From the NCBI GenBank assembly GCA_904063045.1, contig CAJFCJ010000005.1, positions 821,988-885,987 of the forward strand: a DNA stretch of 64,000 bases, given 5' to 3'. Each line of letters begins with the position of its first letter. The first letter of the stretch is position 1. Made by a program: the position numbers and the translations under genes. This stretch comes from Dimorphilus gyrociliatus. Lineage: Eukaryota; Animalia; Annelida. The notes under the pieces are model-generated. The model searched no databases. It was not told where the DNA came from and saw nothing but the letters and a program-made list of their open reading frames with translations. Of this stretch, positions 26,730 to 40,565 are shown piece by piece.

Positions 26730-28221
26730 AGTCGGAATAGCAGTATTGGCAAGGAAAATATTTAAATTTTGACTAAACTCATCCATTACTACGCCTCGAA
26801 ATTTGGTTCTAATTAATTTTAGCAACATTTGAATCAATTTAGAGAAGATATCAAAGGGTTTTTTATTTATTTGCTATACAGTTTTACGTGTGTTACCTAG
26901 GTGGTATTACTACTCACACGTTTTATCCGTTATTTAGAATTCATAGTGGTTCCAGATACATATCAGTCTATACCGTTATACTAAGAAGGGATTAGCAATG
27001 GTCCTGTTTATTTATTTATTTTTTTATTTGCTTCCTCTCTTTATTTTTACCTCTGCGATTACAACACTAGAACGAAGACTACAAAGTAGTTGACCTAGTT
27101 AATCAAAGCTCACGTATTAATTTCTCTATTGATCTATAATTTCTTTAAAGTTAAAGTAAACAATTAAAAAACATTTACAGTTTAATTAAGCAAGGAAAAT
27201 GTATGTTTAATTTACCTTTTTTGTTTTATACGAAAGAAGATTTTGGACTTAAACTAGGACAGATTAAAGGAGAAAAATTCGAGGTTGAAAAGTTTCCTAA
27301 GTGTTAGCAGAATTCGAGAATTTTATTTTAACAGATTGAAAGGTTTTACTCGTTTCTGATCTACTTCTTGCTCTTATTACTTTACTTTTCTTTCGTCTTG
27401 AAAAATTCTCATGAGCAACATTTTAAGCATACATACTTACAGTATAGTCTTGATTGAACGTTAAGTTGCCGTTATTTACATAATCCAACCGCGTTGTAAA
27501 TCATTCATTAGGCATTGAAAGTTATTAGTTACATTTAATATTGGAAAGGAGTATGAATTAGATATATGGTAAAATATTAATAGGCCTATTTATAATTTAT
27601 ACTCCTACTGCAATGATTTTCTATTTTGATTTGGAAGATAAATGTAACAAAAATATAGATGATGGAATAGTGAGAATTTTTCCTGTCTCTTCGCATACAT
27701 GTTTTCCGCTCTTAAAATAGAGTAGTTTTCAGAGACAGAGAGTTTGTTATTGGAGATGAGAGTAACTTTACATAAAAATCCGTTAGAGTTTAGCATGGAT
27801 GGGCAGTGCCGATAAATTAATTCCAGAAGAGAGATTAAATTAACTATAGTGGAGAAACTGCAAGAAAAATTAGGGAGAAGGAAACTTTAAAGAGATTGGA
27901 GTAAAGATAGACATTTGGCGAGTAGGTTCTTGATGAGAAAATTTAGTTTTATTCGAAAAAGAGATAATATGAAAAATTAGGCAAATAATAAACGATCAAA
28001 GTGGATTGGGTAAATAGAGTATAAACAGATGTATAAAAGAAATTAGGTGAGATGGGGGAGGAAGTATCAAAATCCCTTTTCCAATGCTTCTTTATTTCCA
28101 CTCTTCCTCTTTCACTTCTTCTTTTTGAATTATTCTATTAGGCATTATATTATAGAAAAAAGGGAAGTGTGGGGGAGGACAAAATTTTAGATTTGACTTT
28201 CAAATACCTTTCTCTTTGCAG

Positions 28222-29424
28222 ATGACCAACTGCTCTATGTCTGCTGGTGATATAAAAGTGCTTATATTTTTAAATATGAGTTACTGGTGTAAAAACGGAA
28301 CAATTCAAGAACAGCCGAACAATTGTGATCTAATTTATGCTTATGCCACCCCTATTATTTTTATAATAGGTCTGGTAGGTAATTGCATTTCTCTGAGGGT
28401 TTTTACCAGTCGAGTAATGCGTCGTCTATCGGCTAGTCAGTACGTTATCGCTCTATCAGCTTCTGATCTCATAGTTTTAATCTTTTATGTATTGACGGAA
28501 TGGTTGGATAAAGGCCTTAAATATATTTCTGACTATTCGTTCAATTTATACAAATATAAGGGAATGTGCCAGGGACTTCGATACATCAGCTATGCATCAA
28601 GATTTGTATCCGTATGGATAATAGCATGTTTCACGATAGAGAGATATATTGCTGTTGCCCATCCTCTGCATAGGAAGCGTCTGTGCACGAAACGAGCATC
28701 ACGACGAGTAATATTAGGAGTTGTTGCGGCTGCTGCTGTCGTTAGCGTCTATAAGCCGGCTGTTTCTCGAATCTTTCACTATACGGCGGGTAAGGAGCCT
28801 TCCTGTATGATCGTGAAAAGCTTAAGGAAAACGGATAACATTCTTGATACAATTTACGGACTGTGTATCACGGCCATACCATATCTTATTGTAACAATTT
28901 CAAATTTACTTATACTGAAACAAATCATTCAACTAAAGCGTTTAGGCAATGTTGGAAGGGAGTCAAAGTTCAGATTTGAGTTTACAGGCATTCTATTGGC
29001 GATTTCAACTTGTTTCGTATGCCTGAATGCTCCGTATTTCGGTGTCTGGTGCCATGTACAATATAACGCTGATTTAATTAATAATCCAGGAAAGTTTGTC
29101 AAACACGATCCTCTCGACGAACCCAACAGTCAGATAAACTTGACGAAGACAATCTATATATGTAATTTTTCAGTGAACTTTTTTCTTTATTGCCTAACTG
29201 GAGAGCATTTTAGAAAGCAACTATACTATCGTTGTTTTTGTCAGAATTCCAGTAGTCATACAATAAGAACAGTTACGCTTAGAACATATAAGTCAAGGAA
29301 TTCCGAATATAGTGTTGATAAACAAGGCAATGATACACCTCCCAGAAGTGAAACTTTGTCTAGAAGGCTAATATCAGGATCAGGTGTACAAGACGTTGTT
29401 GTATACAAGGCTAGTTACGCATAA
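28222..29424 (+). CDS. Class A (rhodopsin-like) peptide-type GPCR, single coding exon, 400 aa
   Basis: Seven hydrophobic segments; TM1 GLVGN, TM2 LSASDL, TM3 ERY (FTIERYIAVAHPL), TM6 CLNAPY, TM7 NFSVNFFLY. The NFFLY variant is typical of invertebrate FMRFamide/myosuppressin/sex-peptide-receptor-like families, but the ligand cannot be assigned. The ATG at 28222 is directly preceded by a pyrimidine tract plus CAG (acceptor); the Met at 28276 is an alternative start. Confidence 0.92.
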   Translation: MTNCSMSAGDIKVLIFLNMSYWCKNGTIQEQPNNCDLIYAYATPIIFIIGLVGNCISLRVFTSRVMRRLSASQYVIALSASDLIVLIFYVLTEWLDKGLKYISDYSFNLYKYKGMCQGLRYISYASRFVSVWIIACFTIERYIAVAHPLHRKRLCTKRASRRVILGVVAAAAVVSVYKPAVSRIFHYTAGKEPSCMIVKSLRKTDNILDTIYGLCITAIPYLIVTISNLLILKQIIQLKRLGNVGRESKFRFEFTGILLAISTCFVCLNAPYFGVWCHVQYNADLINNPGKFVKHDPLDEPNSQINLTKTIYICNFSVNFFLYCLTGEHFRKQLYYRCFCQNSSSHTIRTVTLRTYKSRNSEYSVDKQGNDTPPRSETLSRRLISGSGVQDVVVYKASYA

Positions 29425-29465
29425 GTGTTGTTCCTGTTTGCTTACTGTTGTCTGATTTATGCATA

Positions 29466-29466
29466 T

Positions 29467-29500
<34 letters not shown>

Positions 29501-29510
29501 GTATATACTT

Positions 29511-29544
<34 letters not shown>

Positions 29545-29580
29545 GTATATACTTTATATATATATATATATATATATATA
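29466..29580. repeat. (AT)n microsatellite containing a duplicated interrupted unit (...TACAT...TAGTATATACTTTA...)
   Basis: The same interruption pattern occurs twice about 50 nt apart inside the AT run. Confidence 0.8.
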
Positions 29581-30284
29581 GATGTTCACATGCAGTAAAA
29601 ATATTATAGCTATCATCATAGTGTTTAAGTTAATTCATAAATTATGTATTGAAACACAAAGTATTGTTATATAAAATAATTATATTTACGTTAAATGCGA
29701 TATTCATATGAATATTAAATGATTCATCTTCGACATTTTGAAGATACTCTCTACTCATCAATAATCCTAAAGGGCTATTGAAGATTTCTAGCTTTATATA
29801 CAGAGAATCGTTACGACTTGATTTTACTTTCATCTTTGAAGGCTTTGTTGTAACATGGTGTTCATATTTATTTTATAATTCAACATATACTGTATACATA
29901 AACGAGTGGATATATATATACATATCACAATTACTCTATATGTACGGTATGCATATACATTGTACAATGTCGAATATTTATTGTATATAAGTATACAGGA
30001 ATTTATATTTTGCATAATAATTCATGAAAAGTTTGTATGTTATTCCTTCAAAACGCTATTACTATCATTAATTATTGATTGATTTTAATGGAAATATCTT
30101 ACTATTACAACGCCTTTCTTTTCCCTTTTTCAACAGGATTTACATGATTGATAAGAAAAATATTCGTTCGTTAATTCGAGTAAACTATGTCGTTAACAAT
30201 GAGTATAATAAACACAGATTAACGTTACAGTAGTAATACGCAAGGTTAGAAGACAAACGAATCTCTGAGATATATAGATAGATG

Positions 30285-30316
<32 letters not shown>

Positions 30317-32533
30317 TAGAGAGAGGGAAAAGCTTTTCAATAATTTGCTTTCCCAAAGTTCAATAATTGAATATAGTTTCTAAATCTAATTTCATAATTA
30401 AGATTACAAAGCATTATCCTTGACGGATCAATGTATAGAACACGAGAAGATATTGCGCAGTCTTCCAACTAAATGTAGCATATGGTTGCTCAATAGAAAT
30501 TTCATGCTTCCCTCTCAGTTGTTTCGTTGGCATTGATTAACAAGATGATTCAATACACTTGAAAGAGATATGATGTATAAGTAAATGTTTAAATAATACT
30601 ATTTAAGTCATATATATAATATCTATATACAGTATATATACTATATATATATATATATATATAATTAAAAATAATTATATCTCTTGGTACAGTTCCATTT
30701 CTTTTATCTTCATTTTTTATCATTCTTTCCTTCCTGCGACAGTAGGCCAATTGTTAACGCTAAAAAAGACAGCAAATCAGCTCTTTCCTGTTTCGTTTTG
30801 CTTAAAAATTCATCTTTCTTTAAGATCATTTGAAAATCAAATAAATATTGTCCATTTCTATAAAGCAAATTACGTAGTTTTCTTCTCGATTTCGGAGTAA
30901 TTTTCGTACGCTTGTCTGTATATTTTTATTTAGAACACGAGTCATACTATTGCTTTTCAATCTGTAAGCCTTAGTAGTTCATATTCATAGATCGAAAAAA
31001 TGTATGACATTCTTAACACCTGACGTTTAAGTTTACTTGAAGGCTATCGAAAGCTTGCAAGAACATAAGACACGTTAAACAACTAGAAGGTCGAAACTTT
31101 CTTTATAGTAAAAACAACCTTTGATAAAGATTAAGTACCAGGGAAATAATTATACTTCAGCTTCAAAGCAAGCAATAGAGATAGTAAATGAAATTTTACA
31201 AGGTAAATGGCATAATGAGACTTTGCAATTGCCTTTGCTCCTCTTTAAGGAAAGTTATTAATTTTGATAATAATTTTATATAGTCTTTTTACATAAAAAG
31301 AGCAATTAAAAGTTAAAGGAACGGAAAAGATCTAATAATAAGATTACTATATTGAATTTATTCTCTCTGTATTATCTACGTTTATCTCTTGATGATTGAT
31401 TGGATGAATACAAATAAAATAAGACAATAAAGAAGAGTATATTTTAAATAGTTTGCTTTTTGGACGAAAATAGAATAATGAGAGGAAGACAACATGCGTT
31501 GTCTTTCAATCCTTAAATTTTAGCATGTCTTTGTTTGCACCGGAAAAAAACCCTTCTCATCTCTTTTTTCCCTACAAAAAAGAGTTCATTTGATAAAGGA
31601 GCTGTTCTCGAACGGGAGACAATATAGATTTATATATGATATGGGGAAAGTAAACTTGTCCTCTTCCCCTATGCAAAGTCTCGTTCGCTTCAGTACTGAA
31701 CCTAATAAGCTTGACAAAGTTATGCACGAATCCCTTTAAAATTAGTGTGTTCTCAGCCATCAGTTTTCTCTCGAAAAAGGTCTAGTTTCCCTTTTTTTTA
31801 AGAAAAATGTGAACTGAGCTCAAGGTTTACATAAAGGTTGTTCTAAATTTGTACATCTTTAAGGTATTGCTAACCTTAGAAGGAGACACATTAAGCTGAA
31901 TTATGGTTTTAAATTTATGTCTCTTTCTCTCTTTTTCCCTCTCTGTGTGTCTTAATTTGTTAAATATATAGAAAATTAAGGCGATTTTTTGTCCTTGTTC
32001 TTGATATCTCAGGCATAAATTAAGAAAGTATTTTCCCTGGATTCGTTCGATCCTTATTGTTAGATATTTTAAACTGTAAATCTTTATTTCTCTTTTAATT
32101 CAAGTTAATCACCATTTTTCCATATTTTGAGTGTACAGGGAATAGTTTGGGCATATTTTAACATATAAAATGATCAAGTAGATTAATGTAAATATTTGCT
32201 GAAAAGAATGGATTAAGCTAGCAAGCTTAAAAAACATAAGCAATTGAAACGAAACTAATGAAAATTCTGCTCGTTAGAGGACGAAGTGGAGAAGAGGGAG
32301 TGAAAACTCTCTGTGCTGTTTGTCTTGTTATTTAGAAGAGAAGCTTATTTATTAATGTTATGAAGCGGAAAATAGGAAGGGTTGAGAAAAGATAATCAAA
32401 CTTCTGTGTAGAATATGAACAAATTAATAAGATATTACGATTGAGTTCCTTTACGATATAGAATACTCTTTTGGACAAATCGTAATTTGCATCACTTCAT
32501 GTATACGTACATAATGCATACGCATGCACACAC

Positions 32534-32568
<35 letters not shown>

Positions 32569-34635
32569 AGTACTGTTTATATGTATATATTCGCTCACTC
32601 TGCCTTTCTTTATCTTTCTCCCATTCCCAATCTTTCTTTATTTCTTAATTTTACCAGTGTTTGCCGACGTATAAGTTTACAGTAGAGAAAACATTATTAA
32701 GAAAGCATCCAGCGCCTTGATCAATATATTCTAAAAAAATTGTTCCATTAACAATTACGATACCAATATAGAGCTCACTGTACCCTCCAACCCTAAGGGA
32801 TATAGAAACTGTTGGTATAAATTTAATAAGAAACTCAATCATATCTAAAAGATAAGGTCCTCTGAACAATTTGTAATTTTCATATCATCACTTAAGCAAT
32901 ATGAGATGATTAAATTATCGTTACCCTTTCTTATTCATAGTTTGTAATTATTTTATTGTAGAGAACCATAGGAGGAGGCAATGGTGGAGGGGTCGTCAAA
33001 TACAACAACCAAAACAAACGCCTACGACAAATGGAGATTTGTATACGAAAATAGAGATTAAGGCGGAGAATATTCAACACTTGATAAGCCATTAAAACAA
33101 GAAACGATAGAGATAGAGAAAAGTTAAAGATTTGCATAGATAGGTTAAGAAAAGAAGACGAGTCCGTGAAAAGGTTTATAAAGGAAAAAAGAAAGAGATG
33201 CAATTAGTCAAGTATTTCTTAGTTTATCAAATAAACACTTGCCCCCTCCTTTCATCTCTTCAATTGTCAGGAAGTGTACTCTGGCTTACAATTTTAACTT
33301 AATTAATTAAATGGTAAGGAAAAAACAAACAAGGAGGAGAAATTCATTCTTTTCTCTATTATATACAGTATATTCATTAGATTTAAAATTCTGCGGTCTA
33401 TAGTCAATAAATAAGGAATTCTTTCATTTTTCATACTAATCCAATAGTCTTAAACCGTAAATGTTGTATAAATCATAAATTTTCCGATACTGTTTAAAAT
33501 CTATCATAAACAACCGCAAATTAGACGCTAATAAAAAAATATTAAGAAGATTATTTATAGATTAGCTCTTTATTGCCTATCCAGTTGCAAAACTGGCGCA
33601 AGCTGGATGACATTTAGGATTTTTTTGGTAATTGTATATCATCTTTATCCTATATCTTCCTGCTTGGAATTATTTTTACGATATCTTATGAGTTAATGGG
33701 AAAATTTTGGATACAGAAGAAAGTTTTTCTCATATTTATTTCATTTTTAAAGGGGCGCTAATTTCCTATAAATGATCTTAATTCATCCGGACCTGATGTT
33801 TGAGAAGCGTAAGCGGAGAAGAAAACACGACAATAAGGATATTGACACAGGATTTGCAATGTATAAAAGTATCTTGAAGAGGTTTGAAAGAAATTGATAT
33901 CCACCTAAAAGCTGTAATAGACACTATATATCTATTTAAAAATAAAATTATTGTGCATGATAAAAGAATACCGTTACCATATGAAAATAAACGTAAAATA
34001 GAATAAGAAATTCCCATCAAACAATACCTAACTAATTAGTTAATTGATTACTTACCAAGTCTATAGTTAATTTGTAATGAAAGTTATCACCTTTTATGTC
34101 ATCTCTTTCACTATCTGTCTATATTTAAATAAAAGTACGATGCTACTGCATTCTTCTTCTGTATATCAACAATACAGCCTATTTTTCTTCAACTAACTCA
34201 ATTGTCTACTTTATTTTCTTTATAATTATTAAAGTTTTACTTCAAAAACGTTTTCTTTTTATATCGAAAAACCAATCATCTTTTTTAATGGCAAATTCTT
34301 GACGAAGAAGAAAAGAAAATTCTTTTATCTTTTCTCTCCTTTTCTTCGAATCCTATTATATTGTACTGATTTAAACAAAAAACTTATTATTAATGTTAAT
34401 GTTGTGAATGGAAGAAAAAAAATACTAGAAAGGATCTTTCATTTAGAATCTAAATCAGCCATAAATAGAAACGTGTCTTTCTCTTCTTCCCGAAAACGGT
34501 AGAAACTTTAGACGAATTATATCTCGCCTGATTTGGTAGTATAGTATTCTTTGAGTGTGTTGTTTAGAGCTCTAAAAGTGTGTTTTTAAAACTAGTAGGT
34601 GAGAAGCGGAATTAAAATAACTGAGAGATAGATAG

Positions 34636-34673
<38 letters not shown>

Positions 34674-35623
34674 GAGAAACAAATCAATTATCAGCTTCTT
34701 AAAATAGTTAATAGCCTTTTCCCCTAATTTATCCAGTAAACAGACATTATTATTTTCTACGCTTTGAGGAACCTCAGCATGGTTTGCTTCTATTTTGGAA
34801 TAGAAAGTTGTTCATAATCAAATTATGAAAAACAATATTAAGTTAACTTAAATGGCAGAGGAGTGTTTGCATAAAAAATATCAATAATAAATTAGAACAG
34901 AGTCCACTCTTTCTTCCTAAAACTTGTCAATGAAAATAAGCCTTTTTTAGTAAATACTTACAAATCAAAATGAAACAATAGCCAAATGAAATTATGACAT
35001 GATAAGCTCAAGTTTAAATTAAACTCAATTTTAGATGGAACTATTTTTCTACTTGTTAACCAAACAAAAACGTCCCCCACAGGTACTGGAAAAGGGCTCT
35101 AAAGTTAACGAAAAATAAGATTTTCCTATATAGTTCCATATACAGTATTTATTAGATACTTATTCATATTTGTAGAAAGTTTTAAGAGTATGGCGCAGCG
35201 TGTATGGGTGTGACGCAAATAGCATAGAGACAGTCCTTCTGCCCTTGGCAGATCATATAATTACTAGAGGTGTTTATTTATCTTTTATGACTAGTTCTAT
35301 TCAAAATATCGAGATCGTACCTTACCTGTATCGCGACAACAAACGATACTCTATTAATGCTTTCATAAACAAGCACAACCCTCCTACACATTTCCACAGA
35401 ATTCAGAACGTTTATACGTAAAGGAAATGAAGTCTCTTTCTATTGGAAATTACAGAGAAATTGCAGTATAATACTTCTAATTATTAAACTATATTGAATA
35501 AAACGAATTAAGTAATACTAATCATTATCGCTCTTTTACATATATTTGTAAATCAAAGGATTTAATACTAGTGAATAATAAGAAACTATTTCCGAACATA
35601 AATAAGCCAAGTCTCCTAATAGG

Positions 35624-35632
<9 letters not shown>

Positions 35633-35697
<65 letters not shown>

Positions 35698-35708
35698 TGT
35701 GTGTGAGT
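35633..35708. repeat. (GAAA)n/(GA)n/(GT)n microsatellite; similar GA/CT runs near 13442, 20616, 26697, 30285, 34640, 36140, 40520, 45415 and 46558
   Basis: Direct inspection; these runs explain the SLSLSL/REREER ORFs. Confidence 0.9.
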
Positions 35709-36137
35709 GAGGGGTGAGTGGAGAGGGAGAGAGCGACGGAGATATGTACGGATGAATAGACATAGTTTAACATTCAGAAAAAAGGTAATACGTTAGACAA
35801 GAATCAAATAAATAAATAAATATTTTGCTGGTACTAGAATTTCTTATTAATAATAAACCAAATTATACTAAAGATCTCCATTATCTTCCCTTATCATGTT
35901 ATTCATTTTGTTTTTCATTTCAAAAGGAATATGATAAAAGAAAGAGATGAGGAAGAAAAAAAGAAGAATACGCTCCATTTCTTTCCTTCAGATTGGAAAA
36001 CAAAACCAAAAGTATCGACTCTTTTTATTCTTTTTTCATAAAAATCCAACAGAATCCAAGAGTTTTCTATTCAAAGTTTTGCTTTTGTAATTATACGAAA
36101 AAGACTTTACAATTTATTGTTTTGGTGATTGCTTCTT

Positions 36138-36171
<34 letters not shown>

Positions 36172-36804
36172 CTCATATCTTTCTATCTCTCTCGTTCTTT
36201 GCGAGCCAGCTAGTAGTTTTATTTTAATTAAAAGTAGCTTAAATTTCAACCCCATGTGCTCTATCGTTTTTTCTTCGGCCGTTTTTGTCACATGACGAAT
36301 AAACTTTATGCCGGCTTTTTAACTTCGCATTATTTAGTTTTTCCTCAGTTATTTTATCATAAGGATAAAGAAACTTTCATTATTTAGATTTCAATGAGTA
36401 TAGTCGAGTATATTTTCTATCATTTTCCGCTCAAGTATTACTCAAAGCTAATTAGCCTGTTTAAGAGACAAGCCTTCAGGTAGTATTTCAGTCATAACAT
36501 GCCGAAATAGACGTTCCGTGAGAAATTCTTTGATTTCTTGTCACTTCCTTATCGTTTATAGTCAGGTATAGTTCGTATTATTTTGACCGATTGTACTATA
36601 GATCATGCTTAATGTTTTCTCAGAAAAAGCTTGTTTGTCTTTATCCAATTGACAATTTTAACAGCTGAATGTTAATAATAGAGACATGTACTAAAATCAA
36701 TATACTGCATATATACTAATACTAATATGAATATATAACATTTGAATTTTAAGTTTTTTAACGCTAGGTGACGCCTCTAAGTATGGATATACTTTATTAT
36801 AATA

Positions 36805-37760
36805 CAGTCGCGATATTAAGTAATTATAACAAGAGTAAAAATATCTAAAATTCCAAATATCTTGATTTACAAATGAAGTTTATGGTTAGGAATAATTTTT
36901 TCTGTAAGAGAGATGACTTATGAGGCATCAGGCAAAATTTTTTAAAATATCTATATTTTAATCATCAGTTTTTCACTCTTTTTTTTACAATACTATGAAT
37001 TTAGTCCGCTATTAAGTAATTATAACAAATCAATCAGGTCCATCAAAAGTACTTTTTTTATTTTACTTATACATTTTTAGATAGGCAAATGATTGTAAAT
37101 GATAAAATTTTCAAATTTAATACTTGGTATGTATGCCTTTTGCCTTTCTTACTGCATTTAGCCTCCTTTCAATAGAGGCATACAATCCCTGTATCTCAAA
37201 ATTTGATATTTTGAAAAATTCCTTCTCAAAAATTTCTCCTGGCGATTTTATGTGGTCTACCAGATATATGCAGGTCATTTATTGTTTTAAATTGCTTGAA
37301 CTGATTCTTTATATTCTGCACTGTAACTGGGCTGCAATTAAATTTTGCTGTTATGCCTTGAATGGTCAATTTTGGCCTGCTTAAGTGGAACAGGATATCT
37401 TTGCAGATTTCTAAAGATAGCTGATGCATTTTTTAATATTTCCAAAAGAATTGTATGTTGTAAGTTCAAGGGAACAATATTTGTAGACCAAATTTTTTTT
37501 CAATGATACTACTCATAATTATGAGGTCATAATGATGATGTTATAATTACTTAATAGCTGTCTAAATTCATAGTATGGTAAAAAAGAAAGATAAATTGAT
37601 TCTTAAAATATAGATATTTATCTGAAATTTTCCATCATGTTTCACAAGTCATCTATCCTATACAAAAAAATATTCACAACCATACACTTTATTCCTAAAT
37701 CAAAATATTTGGATTTTTAGACATTTTTACTCTTCTTATAATTACTTAATATCGAGACTG
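36805..37760 (-). mobile_element. Internally deleted (non-autonomous) Tc1 element of IR/DR type, 956 bp, flanked by TA target-site duplication
   Basis: Left end TA/CAGTCGCGATATTAAGTAATTATAA (TA at 36803-36804); right end TTATAATTACTTAATATCGAGACTG/TA (TA at 37761-37762). About 225 bp imperfect inverted repeats align along their length, and the core ATTAAGTAATTATAA recurs at their inner ends (37011-37028, 37539-37555). The interior encodes an HTH N-terminus (MHQLSLE...VTVQNIKNQFKQFKTINDLHISGRPHK) fused out of frame to the transposase C-terminus (EIQGLYASIERRLNAVRKAKGIHTKY*, stop 37119-37117); the DDE domain is missing. Confidence 0.92.
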
Positions 37761-38273
37761 TATAGTTAAAAATATAGAAATGAGAATGCAGTATACTAAT
37801 TTTCAACTATAGCGTTTATAGGACTAATTAAAAGATATTTTATAAATGTATGCATCGATTACGTAGATATAGCGGAACAGATGTTGAATTTCTCTTTTTT
37901 TTTAGCGTTATCTCTCCTCTTCCAAACGCCTCCCCAACCCCTCACACACTCTCGTTCAAATTACACAAAAATGCTTAATCATTTGTTAAACAGTTACAAA
38001 CAATGAATCATTTATTATTTTTGCCATTAGTTTAAAAAGTTGACTAACGGTAAAGTTAAAAGTTTAGATGCCGATTTAGGAAAATTTACATGAATATCAA
38101 TAGAAACCTAAATATATAGTGTATTGTGTATATTATAGCTTTCTGTCGGATAGATACACGTTCTTTTCACTTGATATATATTAAATATTGGATAACGGAA
38201 AGGTGGAGAGAGAGAAGAGAGAAAGATATAATCGTTTGAATAGTGATTTTTCTTTATTGTGATAAAAGGATAG

Positions 38274-39356
38274 ATGGATTGGATACTCTCGTTTTTTAAA
38301 AAAATCGATTCGATTGAAGTTGATCAAGAATCAATAGCTAAGGAGAAAGTGACTGAATTAAAGTCTAATAATGAATCTAAACAACTCGATATTCGACTAA
38401 TGACAAAAGACGATTGTAGAAGAATAACAGAAATCCTTTTTCATGGCTTTTACCAGTTTATTCAATATTTAATTGGCAAAGATGAAGATGTGGCGATCTT
38501 AAATATAGTCAGGTTATTGATAGAATATAATTTCCGGCGTTACCAAGATACCTATGTGGCAGAAGTTAACTCTGAAGTTGAGGGAGTTTGTAGACTGACT
38601 TTTAGCGACTCGTACGTTTTTTAATAGAAATACTTTTTTTTACATCTTCCCCTCTAAATAGTTATCTTCATTACACTAGAATTGATAGGAAAATGCCGGG
38701 CTTACCTGGAATGATTGTTGATGATTTCTCACCGAAATCTATTCTTAGAACTTTATGCTCTGGCTCTATGGCTAATAATCTCATGAAAATTGAGGAAGGA
38801 GATTGCCTCATTCAATTCTTAGCGGTTGGCGAAAATTGCAGAGGGAAAGGCATTGGTAAACTCCTTTTGGAGCATTCCTACTATCAGGCAGAGAAAAGAG
38901 GGTGTAAGGTAATAAGAAACAGTTTATTCCTCTGGCAACTGGTATTATTTCAAATCTGCTAATCAAAAGTTTGAGGAAATGACTCGACATGTAACTAAGT
39001 GAACGCGATTCTCTGTTCATTCCCCCATTCTCTTCTCTCCTGTCCTCTTTGCCCCCTCTCTTTCAAAAGCATCTCTCATTTTGTACATGTTTTCTCTTCC
39101 CTCCATTCTTCCTTCTCAAAATATTATTTCTTATTAGTTGTGTTTTTACAGAGAATATGGCTTCTCGTTTCGCTATCCAATCCTCAATTTAAAAATTTAT
39201 GCGAACAACTCGGTTATGTATCAACAAAGGTGATCAGGGTTCGACCATTGTTCGCCTTTGGCTCAGAGGTTAGTAAACTCTGGCTGAACATTTCAGCGTA
39301 ATAATCCCCCTCATTGTTTTCGGCAGGGTTACTACAAAATGGTGAAAAGTATCTAA
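38274..39356 (+). CDS. GNAT-family N-acetyltransferase, 4 exons, 243 aa
   Basis: Exons 38274-38611, 38662-38908, 39152-39268, 39327-39356 (732 nt). Acetyl-CoA motif A: LIQFLAVGENCRGKGIGKLLLEH; motif B: RIWLLVSLSNPQFKNLCEQLGY; terminal GYYKMVKSI*. Confidence 0.85.
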
Positions 39357-40517
39357 AAACTAGGTTAACATTCTTTTCTAGCCAGCCACTGGCTCGCTTT
39401 TCTCTTTTTATCTTCTTTCCTCTCTCTCTCCCTCTCTCTCTTACCTACTCTCTTTCTCTCTTCCCCAAAGGAAGAAAAATATTTTTATCCATTGGGAGAT
39501 GGATAAAAGATAGATTTAATTTACAGAAATAGCTGGAAAATCTGTGATAGATACCATTTGGTTTTAATTATTGATAAATAAATTTTCTTAACAGAATTTC
39601 ACCTAATTCTTTTACTCTTTCGCCAGATTGAATCACGTGATCAGTACAACATCAGGCATGATACTTTTTAATTAGTTGATAATAAAATAAAATACTTATC
39701 TATTAATTTATTTGAATTGTTCGCACAAAAATATAACAAAAAAGGCGTATTGATTTCTTTTATACATCTGTCCCACTTTTATAAAAAAGGTAACAATTTT
39801 AAGTTTATTAAGTAAATGGGAAATAGGTAATGTTACTTTATGCTATACGGTAGGCTTTATGGTAATCACTATCCTCATTGAAGATGAGTACTGTTGAGTA
39901 CTTTTAATTCTAGCAAATCTATTTAAACCTATCCTACTTAATTTCTTTGTTTTTCATCCTCGAAACAATTATCATTTTAGATGTTAAATAATAATCAATT
40001 TTCATTATACTTTTAACGATAGGTCGAGATGACACGATCGAGCAGGAAGGAGAGAGAAAGAGAAATATACCTAAACATTGATAGATAAATTGTTATATAC
40101 TATTATGTATATTTATAGAAGCATAAACATAATATAGGATGATTAAATATTTATTCTTTACTGACCCGTTTGCTAGAATTTTTAACCTGTAAGTGGACAA
40201 AGAGGGATCTTTGAAGGCTAAAAGTAATCGCCTCACTAAATTTGTTAGCATTGATTTAGTTGTCGAGTCCCTTATTAGGTTGTATAAGGCAGGTCTCCAG
40301 AGTGTAAACATTAAATAGATATATGAATATTCAGAAAGAATCACGTTTTTTTTTTTTTTTTCAATTCTTGACAAGAATTTAAGGTATGGAATATTGAATT
40401 TCTTTGATTATCTTTTTATGAATCTTCATTTGATTTGAATCGGTGGTTATATTCTTTATTTTATAACCTTTTTTTATTATTTAATACGACTTCAATTATC
40501 ACGAAAAGAAATAAAGG

Positions 40518-40565
<48 letters not shown>

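Noticed and set aside
33772-33897. Short ORF MILIHPDLMFEKRKRRRKH… with an NLS-like basic run
   Set aside because: About 41 codons in purine-rich DNA with no splice or homology support.
39269-39301. GNAT ending by read-through at 39301 as in the ORF track (…EVSKLWLNISA*)
   Set aside because: A GAG/GTTAGT donor and CGGCAG acceptor give a 58-nt intron and a terminal GYYKMVKSI* that fits the last GNAT strand better.
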